Shown piece by piece: positions 43,463 to 50,903 of a stretch of DNA of 64,000 bases. A model generated the notes under the pieces. That model worked only from the letters and a program-made list of their open reading frames with translations, ran no database searches and was not told the origin of the DNA. Made by a program: the position numbers and the translations under genes. The stretch's first letter is position 1. Each line of letters starts with the position of its first letter. Location: contig CALAML010000045.1 of the NCBI GenBank assembly GCA_937925845.1, forward strand, positions 1,616-65,615, given 5' to 3'. The stretch comes from an uncultured Acidimicrobiales bacterium. Lineage in GTDB: Bacteria > Actinomycetota > Acidimicrobiia > Acidimicrobiales > CALAML01.

Positions 43463-44881
43463 GTGCCGACATGGCTCTTCGTGATCATTGCAAAATGGGT
43501 GCTCGGAGTGTTGATGGTGGCGGGTCTGGCTTATGCCTATGAGAACCGCGACTTCATCATCGACGCTTACGACGTCGAAGAACAAACACAACCACTTGTG
43601 GTGGAGGATCGGCCGGTCGCCGACATCTCCGACTACATAGATCTGTCCAAGATTCGTACGCTCGACTACCGGGCGTCGGACTTCGTTATCCAGGACACCC
43701 GTCGGGTTGATCTTCCGATTCCGACCCGCACCGCCATCGCCGCCCCGGAGCCAAAAGTGCAGGGTGGAACCGGCGCTATCTCCGGCCGCGTCACGTTCGA
43801 CGGCGAACCGGTTCCCCAGGCCGACGTCCAGGTCGAACGCATCATCGGCGACGTCTCCAGTTCGATCAACGTCAAGGCCGACGCCGGCGGCCGCTTCCGA
43901 GCCCCGCAGCTCCTCGGCGGCCGCTACCGCGTCCGGGCGTTCCTGCCGCCAAGCCTCTCCATGCGAAACGCAGAGGTCCTCTTCCTGCCGGAGAACGGCC
44001 AGGCCGAAGGTCTTGAGCTTTCTCTCAGCAACGAGTCGAGTTCGAAGTTCAGCGGTCGGTTCCAGGGCGACGTGGCTCGGGTCGGATCGAACCACACCGT
44101 CATCATCGAGTTCCGCAATGCCCAGGTGAACAGCGAGGGCATCATCGAAGACGGCCCGGTGCCGAACGAACTCGTGGCCATCACGGTGCGAGAACCGCTT
44201 GTGGTCAACGGCAGCATCCTGACCACCAGCAACGCCAACGGTGTGGCCCGCTTCGTGGTCAGCTGTTCCGCTGAAGGCAACGGCCGCATCACCATCACCT
44301 CCCGCAATCAAGACCAGAACGTGCCGGTACCGCCGTGCACGCTGCCCCCCAGGCCTCAGCCCCAGCCGATCCCGATTGGCGATTCCTTTAGCCAGCCCAA
44401 CGAGACCGTCGCTCCCCGCGGCACCTTCCAGGCCCGGCCGGCGCCGCAGAACAACGGCGGCAACGGCAACAACGGTGGGAACAACAATGGTGGTGGCAAC
44501 GGCAACAACAACGGCGGCAACGGCAACAACAACGGTGGGAACAACAGCGGTCGAGGCCAAGGGACCACAACCACCGGACAGAGCCCAACCTCGACCAACC
44601 CGGGTTCAAGCTCAACCAACCCCGGCCCCACTTCGACCGAAGCTCGCACTGCCGAAAGCCGTGCGCCTCAAGGGTTCGCCCCCCGCAGCTTCCGCTTCCA
44701 GCCAAACCTGGCATCGGTGTTTGCCGGTTCCGCCGTCTGTGCCATCGAGTACCAGCTCTGGGACGGCCAGCAGTGGGGACCGGTCTTCGCCCACAACGGC
44801 GGAACCCCCGTCGTCTTCAACAGCATTGCCCGAGTCCTGCCATCCAATGGCATCCCCTGTGAGTACGTGAGGGTCGCATGA
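43463..44881 (+). CDS. membrane-anchored protein with carboxypeptidase-regulatory-like (CarboxypepD_reg) beta-sandwich domains and an Asn/Gly-rich linker
   Basis: GTG start. The TM helix is WLFVIIAKWVLGVLMVAGLAYAY. The segment …ISGRVTFDGEPVPQADVQVERI…ADAGGRFRAPQLLGGRYRVRAFLP… is the CarboxypepD_reg pattern. Its stop overlaps the PBP start (ATGA). Confidence 0.75.
   Translation: MPTWLFVIIAKWVLGVLMVAGLAYAYENRDFIIDAYDVEEQTQPLVVEDRPVADISDYIDLSKIRTLDYRASDFVIQDTRRVDLPIPTRTAIAAPEPKVQGGTGAISGRVTFDGEPVPQADVQVERIIGDVSSSINVKADAGGRFRAPQLLGGRYRVRAFLPPSLSMRNAEVLFLPENGQAEGLELSLSNESSSKFSGRFQGDVARVGSNHTVIIEFRNAQVNSEGIIEDGPVPNELVAITVREPLVVNGSILTTSNANGVARFVVSCSAEGNGRITITSRNQDQNVPVPPCTLPPRPQPQPIPIGDSFSQPNETVAPRGTFQARPAPQNNGGNGNNGGNNNGGGNGNNNGGNGNNNGGNNSGRGQGTTTTGQSPTSTNPGSSSTNPGPTSTEARTAESRAPQGFAPRSFRFQPNLASVFAGSAVCAIEYQLWDGQQWGPVFAHNGGTPVVFNSIARVLPSNGIPCEYVRVA
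44449..44550. repeat. in-frame AAC/GGC-type trinucleotide repeat tract encoding an Asn/Gly run
   Basis: AACAACGGCGGCAACGGCAACAACGGTGGGAACAAC… encodes NNGGNGNNGGNNNGGGNGNNNGGNGNNNGGNNSG. The internal 30-nt unit GGCAACGGCAACAACAACGG(C/T)GG… is duplicated. Confidence 0.85.
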
Positions 44882-47157
44882 ACACCTACGAAGCAATCGA
44901 GTACTCAAAGGGCTTTCGGCGGAAGTCGCGCTACCGCACGTTCTCCGTCGCCGCCCTGAAGATCTTTCTGGTCGCAGTGATCACACTGGCCGTCGTTCCT
45001 GCAGCCGGTGCCGGCCTCGCCTTCGGTACGTTGCTGTTCGCGCCACTCCCCGGCGAACTTCCCGAAGAGGAAAACGAGGACTTCCGAGAGACCGCATTCC
45101 CCTCGGTGGCCTTCGACAAGAACGGCCGCAAAATTGCCGAGTACCGACAGTTCGACCTCACCGTCGAGACTCGCCCCGCCGACATTCCGCAGGTGATGAA
45201 GGACGCCCTGGTTGCCGCGGAAGATCGCCGCTTCTGGGAACACAACGGTGTCGACGTGGTCGGTACGGTCCGCGCCCTGGTGGTCAACTACCGCGCCGGG
45301 GAAGTACGTCAGGGTGGTTCGACGCTCACCCAGCAGTATGTCAAGAACCGGTACCTCAGCCGAGACAAGAAGATCGAACGCAAAGTTCGAGAGGCGCTGT
45401 ACGCCACCGATATCGAAAAGGAACTCACCAAAGAGGAGATCCTCTTCGACTACCTCCAAACCACCTACTTCGGTGAAGGTGCCTACGGCGTGGGTGCCGC
45501 GGCCGAAACCTACTTCCGCAAGTCGGTTCGTGAACTCACCGCCTCAGAGGCGGCAGTGCTTGCCGGGCTCATCCCCGCACCCGGCGTTCGTAACCCTCGC
45601 CAAAGCATCGAGCTTGCGGAAACCCACCGGCTTCGAGTGTTGAACGCAATGGAGGAAGAGGGCTACCTCACCGAGACTCAGTACAAGCTCGAGCTGCCCA
45701 AGAAGGTCTGGTACGCCGGCTTCGGTCCGCCTCCCGGCCCGGCCACCGTCGTGTTCCCGCCGCAACTCGACCTTGACCGCGAATTCCCCTACTTCCAGGA
45801 CTGGGTGCACGACTACCTGCTCGACACCTACGGCGAAGACCTCTACCGCGGTGGCCTGCAGATCACCACCACCCTCGACACGGAGATCCAGCAGCTGGCC
45901 ATCGACGCCGTTGCTGAGCGACTCGGCAGCACCGAAGCCCCCCTGGAGATGGCGCTCGCCGCCATCCATCCCAAGACCGGCCACATCAAAGCACTTGTTG
46001 GTGGTCGAGACTGGAGCCAGAGCCAGGTGAACCTGGCCACCGGTGGCTCACTCGGCATGCAGCCGGGATCCTCGATGAAAGTCTTCGTGCTGGCCAACGC
46101 CTACCGCAACGGCATCGGCCCCCGCACCCTCTACAACGCCCCCGGCACATGGGAGATCCCCGGCTGCGGTGGTGACCTTTGCAAGATCAGCAACTACTCG
46201 AAGAAGGCTGGCGGCGACATGAGCCTTGAGGCGGCAACCTGGGCCTCGACCAACACGGTCTTCGGCCAGCTGATCCTTGATGTCGGTATTCAGGACACCG
46301 CGGATCTGGCCATCCGAATGGGCGTAACCAGCCTCGACCCGGGCCCCCAAGACAAGTTCGGAGTGAGCCTTTCGCTCGGCGCCTACAACGTGTCGCCACT
46401 CGACATGGCCTCCGGGTACGCCACCCTCGCCAACCACGGCGTGTACCAACGAGCCACCGGTATCCTCCGGGTTCTCGACCGCAACGGAAACGTGCTGGAG
46501 GACAACCGACTCGGTTCGCTCGGACCGACCGGCGAGCGAGTACTTGAAGCCTCCGTAGCCGACACGGTCACCGAAACCCTCACCGGCGTCATCAACAACG
46601 GTACGGCCAAGACCGCAGCCCTCGGACGCCCAGCCGCCGGCAAAACCGGTACGGCTCAGAACTACTCGGCGGCATGGTTCGTGGGCTACACCCCGCAACT
46701 GTCGACCGCAGTGTGGATGGGCTACTCCGACAGCAACCGGCCGCTTCGAAACATTCGAGGCGTTGGAGCGGTGACCGGTGGTAGTCACCCGGCCCGCACG
46801 TGGCGCAACTTTATGAAGGCGGCCCATGAAGGGCTTCCCAAGTTGGAATTCCCCGAACCGGGGCCACTGCCTCGACCGGCGTCGGTCAACTTCGAGCCCG
46901 GCCAGGCCAACACCCCGATCGCCGAGATCCTCCCCAGCATCACCGTTGGCCAGGCCCGCACCCCGGCCTACACCCCAACCGACTGCGAGGGCGGCTGCGT
47001 TCAGCGAGTCGAAGTGCTCTCCAAGGACCAGGAGCGGGCCGCCCACTCCAACATCATCGAAGTCCCAGAAGAACTTGTGATTGACGGCGCCGACGAAGAA
47101 GGCACCGAAGACGGCGCCACCGCTGGCACCCCAGCCGGTGCGGGCGGACCGGGTTGA
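44878..47157 (+). CDS. class A penicillin-binding protein (bifunctional glycosyltransferase GT51 / transpeptidase, PBP1A-like)
   Basis: The N-terminal TM helix is followed by GT51 motifs (EDRRFWEHNGVD, GGSTLTQQ). The transpeptidase motifs are SSMK (SxxK), STN (SxN) and KTGT. Confidence 0.9.
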   Translation: MNTYEAIEYSKGFRRKSRYRTFSVAALKIFLVAVITLAVVPAAGAGLAFGTLLFAPLPGELPEEENEDFRETAFPSVAFDKNGRKIAEYRQFDLTVETRPADIPQVMKDALVAAEDRRFWEHNGVDVVGTVRALVVNYRAGEVRQGGSTLTQQYVKNRYLSRDKKIERKVREALYATDIEKELTKEEILFDYLQTTYFGEGAYGVGAAAETYFRKSVRELTASEAAVLAGLIPAPGVRNPRQSIELAETHRLRVLNAMEEEGYLTETQYKLELPKKVWYAGFGPPPGPATVVFPPQLDLDREFPYFQDWVHDYLLDTYGEDLYRGGLQITTTLDTEIQQLAIDAVAERLGSTEAPLEMALAAIHPKTGHIKALVGGRDWSQSQVNLATGGSLGMQPGSSMKVFVLANAYRNGIGPRTLYNAPGTWEIPGCGGDLCKISNYSKKAGGDMSLEAATWASTNTVFGQLILDVGIQDTADLAIRMGVTSLDPGPQDKFGVSLSLGAYNVSPLDMASGYATLANHGVYQRATGILRVLDRNGNVLEDNRLGSLGPTGERVLEASVADTVTETLTGVINNGTAKTAALGRPAAGKTGTAQNYSAAWFVGYTPQLSTAVWMGYSDSNRPLRNIRGVGAVTGGSHPARTWRNFMKAAHEGLPKLEFPEPGPLPRPASVNFEPGQANTPIAEILPSITVGQARTPAYTPTDCEGGCVQRVEVLSKDQERAAHSNIIEVPEELVIDGADEEGTEDGATAGTPAGAGGPG

Positions 47158-47367
47158 TCCCGATCTAGGTCGCTAGTCAACCCCCTCCTAGCCCAAGAAA
47201 ATTCTCTCGAACTTCCCTCACATTCCCCCAACCCGATCCGACAGACCAAGCGTTGAGAAGGCAAGGCCTCGAGCCGCACAGAGCTTCAGAGCACTGGCCC
47301 GAGTCCTCGCTGAACCACAGACGACGACCAGCCCAGCCAAATGGCCGGGCGTATTGCAGGAGATCCA

Positions 47368-49131
47368 ATGACTGAGCCAGATGTTGCGATTGATCTGTCG
47401 ATGGCAGCCGCGAACTGGGACGAAGATCCCGACGAGCTGTTTGCCATCGCAGAATCGGAACTGCCCGGCGAAACCACGACCGAGCTGGCGGTCGCAACCT
47501 CCGCGAATGGCACGGTGGTGCGAAGCCGCCGCCAAGCCAAGGGTGCGAAGAACTCCAAGTCGAAGCAAGCATCCAACGACGCTGCAGCCGATGCCTCGAG
47601 CAACGGTGTACGTCGTCGAGCGGTTCGCGCCGACACCCGAGCCAAGGCTCGAGAGCGAGATCGCGACCTGAGAGACCATCGTGGTGCGTCCACCGCTCGA
47701 CAGCCTGGCCGACCAAAGAAGCAGACCCTCAAGCGCATTGACGACACGCGCCAACGTGAGGTTTCCCACCTTGAAGTCGACAACTCGGATCGGCCTGCAG
47801 TCGGCAAGCGCAACCCGACCAAAACGCACCGTCGGGCCCGAGCCGCCCGCAAGCGCAAGGGGCCAAAGCACGGTTCACCGGTGGTGCATCCGCCGAGGGG
47901 CCGCATCGCCCATCGCATTCGCCGCCACAAAGTGGCGCCGTTCGTACCACCCGCATCCCGACGCACCCGCCGCCAGCGGCGCCGGGATCGACGCAAGCAC
48001 GGCTTCGTAGAACTCACCCAGGACCGGGTAAAGAAGCGTCACAAGATTCTGCCCCGCAGCGTGATCGGCATCTCCTTCATGCTGCTGTCGCTCGGAGTTG
48101 GCGCCGCACTCTCCGGAGCTGCGTTCTACGCCTACTACGACGACCGTCTGGCCACGAGCGAAGAGCAGGTCAATGCCTACGTCGAAGGCTTCGACGCCCA
48201 GTTTGGCAACGCCGCAGCCCAGATCGAAGAGGTCAGCACCGAGGCAATTGCCACCATCGAGACCAACATCGAACCGTTCAAGGACTTCACCAACGACCAA
48301 GCGGCACTGTCGACCCTCGGCTCAACCGTCAACCCATCGGTGTGGCTCGTCGACACCCTCGACGAGCGCGGCCAGGTCTCCCTGGGTAGCGCCTTCGTGG
48401 TGTCGTCCAACGATGCCGAGTCGCTCCTGCTCACCTCGCTGGATGTGGTGAACGCCTCGACTGTGATCCCCGGTCCCGAGATTTCCATCGTGAAGGACAA
48501 CCAGCGGGTTACCGCCGAACTGTTCTCCTTCGACGAGGAACGGGACCTGGCCCTGCTCCGAGTAGCTCGACCCGACATGCCCCGACTCGACTGGGTCAGT
48601 GACGGCGCGGCCGCTCGCGCCACCGGCACCCGGGTGTACGCCACCACCGGCCTCGGCGGGCAGGGTGCTTCGGTAAGCCCCGGCACCCTCATCGACACCT
48701 CATCCTCCGGCTACCAGCACACCGCCCTGATCGGACCCCAGTTCCGAGGCGGCCCGCTGCTGAACGACGAAGGTCGGGTCTACGGAGTGGTTTCCAGCGC
48801 CTACTCGCCGCTCGGCATCCCGCTGGGCGAAGTGAAGTTCGCAGTACCGATCCAAGACGCCTGCGTGGTGGTGCTCACCTGCACCAACCTCTCCGAACTC
48901 TTCCCCGATGAGGAAGAAGCCAACGATGAGGATCTCACCTCGCTCGACGGCCGAACCGAAGGCGCCACCATCGACGCCGGCCCCGAAGGCGAAACCGACC
49001 TCAGCGGTCTCGAAGGACTCGACATCGAAGACCTCGAGGAACTTGTTGAAGCCGACAGCGCCGAAGAAGACGGCGGCGACGCCGAAGCCGAGGCCGAAAC
49101 TGAGGCCGAGGCTGAAGGAGACGACGGCTAA
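47368..49131 (+). CDS. membrane-anchored trypsin-like (S1C/HtrA-fold) domain protein, apparently catalytically inactive
   Basis: AGGAG lies 5 nt before ATG 47368 (the ORF is open from 47341). It has ~230 aa of Arg/Lys-rich cytoplasmic region and the TM helix IGISFMLLSLGVGAALSGAAFYAY. The protease-fold blocks are GSAFVV…LLLTSLDVV, DLALLRV and QFRGGPLLN. An acidic C-terminal tail follows. Confidence 0.75.
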   Translation: MTEPDVAIDLSMAAANWDEDPDELFAIAESELPGETTTELAVATSANGTVVRSRRQAKGAKNSKSKQASNDAAADASSNGVRRRAVRADTRAKARERDRDLRDHRGASTARQPGRPKKQTLKRIDDTRQREVSHLEVDNSDRPAVGKRNPTKTHRRARAARKRKGPKHGSPVVHPPRGRIAHRIRRHKVAPFVPPASRRTRRQRRRDRRKHGFVELTQDRVKKRHKILPRSVIGISFMLLSLGVGAALSGAAFYAYYDDRLATSEEQVNAYVEGFDAQFGNAAAQIEEVSTEAIATIETNIEPFKDFTNDQAALSTLGSTVNPSVWLVDTLDERGQVSLGSAFVVSSNDAESLLLTSLDVVNASTVIPGPEISIVKDNQRVTAELFSFDEERDLALLRVARPDMPRLDWVSDGAAARATGTRVYATTGLGGQGASVSPGTLIDTSSSGYQHTALIGPQFRGGPLLNDEGRVYGVVSSAYSPLGIPLGEVKFAVPIQDACVVVLTCTNLSELFPDEEEANDEDLTSLDGRTEGATIDAGPEGETDLSGLEGLDIEDLEELVEADSAEEDGGDAEAEAETEAEAEGDDG

Positions 49132-49188
49132 CACCTCACAAGAACTGGTTCCTCAGCTGTCCCTCCTGCGACGCCTGGGTGACCAATA

Positions 49189-49247
49189 GATGCGGACTCT
49201 GACCGCATCGGACACCGCGCTCCCCAGTCGTCAGGGAGCGCGGTGTC
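49189..49247 (+). terminator. two tandem hairpins after the trypsin-like gene
   Basis: The first hairpin is GATGCGG/CCGCATC (49189-49209). The second is a 14-bp perfect stem GACACCGCGCTCCC/GGGAGCGCGGTGTC (49211-49224 / 49234-49247). A GGTTTTGC follows 16 nt later. Confidence 0.6.
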
Positions 49248-49272
49248 GCGTGCTGGCCCGTAGGTTTTGCTC

Positions 49273-49926
49273 ATGAGTTCATTTTTGGATCTGAGCCATT
49301 GCATTACTGATGGGATGGTGACCTATCCGGGCTTGCCCACCCCGGTTGTTGCCGACCACCTCACCCGGGAGGCGGCGGAGGAAATCTATGGGCCGGGCAT
49401 CACCTTTCAGATCGGCCTGGTCACGATGTGCACCAACACCGGCACCTACATGGACGTGCCGTTCCATCGGTTCGCCGATGGTCACGACCTGACCGAGGTG
49501 CCGCTCGAACGGGTCTGTGACCTGCCAGCCATCTGTCTCGACAAGCGGGGCCAGACCGCGATCGACCTCACACCTGAAGAGGTGGCCGGGACCGCCGATG
49601 GCGCCGTGCTCATCCTCACCGGCCACAGCCAACACTGGGGGACCGATGCCTACATGGAGGATCACCCCTACCTCACTGCGGCCGCGGCCGACGTGCTGGT
49701 TGAGGCCGGCGTTGCCGTGGTTGGCATCGACACCCTCAACATCGACTCGATTGATGGGACCGGCCGACCGGTTCACACCACCCTGCTCCGACAGGAGATC
49801 TACATCATCGAGCACATGACCGGGCTCGAGCAGCTACCAACCGACGGCTTCACCCTCACTGCAGTCCCGCCCAAGATTGAAGGCGCAGGCACGTTCACCG
49901 TTCGGGCCTTCGTAAAACTGGACTGA
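49273..49926 (+). CDS. putative cyclase / kynurenine-formamidase-like family protein (variant metal motif)
   Basis: …DLSHCITDGMVTYPGLP… and …TNTGTYMDVPFH… align with the family core. ATG 49273 is preferred to the TTG 49267 of the track. Confidence 0.75.
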   Translation: MSSFLDLSHCITDGMVTYPGLPTPVVADHLTREAAEEIYGPGITFQIGLVTMCTNTGTYMDVPFHRFADGHDLTEVPLERVCDLPAICLDKRGQTAIDLTPEEVAGTADGAVLILTGHSQHWGTDAYMEDHPYLTAAAADVLVEAGVAVVGIDTLNIDSIDGTGRPVHTTLLRQEIYIIEHMTGLEQLPTDGFTLTAVPPKIEGAGTFTVRAFVKLD

Positions 49927-49944
49927 GCGATTTCTTCTTCGGAG

Positions 49945-50057
49945 CCTCGGAGAGGGTGCAACGGGTGTCAGACACCCGTTGCAACTTGCTAGGGAGGGCT
50001 GCGAGCGCACGCAGCCAGCGGCGTCGGGGCATCAGTACCCTAGCGATCCCTCCGAGG
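49945..50057. other. 113-nt nested inverted-repeat element between convergent genes (structured RNA or complex terminator candidate)
   Basis: The outer stem is CCTCGGAG(AG)GG (49945-49956) with CCCTCCGAGG (50048-50057). It encloses a 13+1+13 perfect palindrome TGCAACGGGTGTC-A-GACACCCGTTGCA (49957-49983). It also encloses a second stem GCTAGGG/CCCTAGC (49988-49994 / 50038-50044), which itself contains the hairpin GGCTGCG-AGCGCA-CGCAGCC (49997-50016). Confidence 0.45.
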
Positions 50058-50070
50058 TCAGCTACACCGG

Positions 50071-50787
50071 CTAGGTGTGGACTTCGAAGCCGGACAGATC
50101 GGCGGCCACTTCGGCCAGGATCTTCTCCGCCAGCGGACCCCGTACCCGCTTGCGGGTGAGGGCAAACGCGGTCGGATGCAGACCGGTGAACCCCTGCGCC
50201 ACCTCGTGGGCCTTGGCTAGGAGCTCGTCTTCGCCACACACCTCATCGAGGTAGCCAACATCAACAGCCTCTGACGGGGTGTACACGCCAGCGCCCATCG
50301 TGGCCCGGCTGAAATGACGCTTCGAGAGCCGGTACTCGGCCAGATCCACAGCAAACTGCGGCAGGAACATACCGATCGCCACCTCGTTGGTGCCGATCTT
50401 GAACGGTCCATCGACGCCGATCCGATGGTCGACCGCTTCCAGCATGATGGCGCCCGCCGCGAGGGCATGGCCGGTGCAGACGGCAACGACGGGGCGGCTC
50501 AACATAAAGAGCCGCACACAAAGTTCGGCACCGCGCTGGACCAAATCGGTGACCGCTGATCCGCCCTGGTTCATCACGGAGAGATCGAACCCGGCCGAGA
50601 ACTTCCCCGGGCGACCGACCAGCACCACCACCTTGGCTTCAGCCTCGGCCCGATCAAGGGCGGCGTTCATATCGTCGATCACCGCATGTGACAGGGCGTT
50701 GGCCTTGCCGTCATCGATGGTGATCGTGGCGATGTCATCGCTGATCGAGATGGAAACCGCGGACTCCGAAGGTGTTGTGTCGCTCAT
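50071..50787 (-). CDS. enoyl-CoA hydratase/isomerase (crotonase) family protein
   Basis: …ITIDDGKANALSHAVIDDMNAALDRAE…VVLVGRPGKFSAGFDLSVM… is the typical crotonase oxyanion-hole context. Confidence 0.85.
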   Translation of the reverse strand: MSDTTPSESAVSISISDDIATITIDDGKANALSHAVIDDMNAALDRAEAEAKVVVLVGRPGKFSAGFDLSVMNQGGSAVTDLVQRGAELCVRLFMLSRPVVAVCTGHALAAGAIMLEAVDHRIGVDGPFKIGTNEVAIGMFLPQFAVDLAEYRLSKRHFSRATMGAGVYTPSEAVDVGYLDEVCGEDELLAKAHEVAQGFTGLHPTAFALTRKRVRGPLAEKILAEVAADLSGFEVHT

Positions 50788-50903
50788 GAGGGAAGAATCT
50801 AGCCGTGTCGTGGCCCATGATCCTCGGTGACCAGATTCGACCCCAAAAAAGTTGGGGTTGTTTGCGGGGCAGACCCGAAAGACCTCCCAACTTTTCTGCC
50901 GGT

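Noticed and set aside
50788-50903. Hairpins ACCCCAA/TTGGGGT and AAAAGTTGGG/CCCAACTTTT between the Mo-hydroxylase operon and the crotonase gene, considered as a terminator.
   Set aside because: The two folds are mutually exclusive, and neither is followed by a U-tract in the direction of transcription (- strand). I noted the region but did not call it as a feature.
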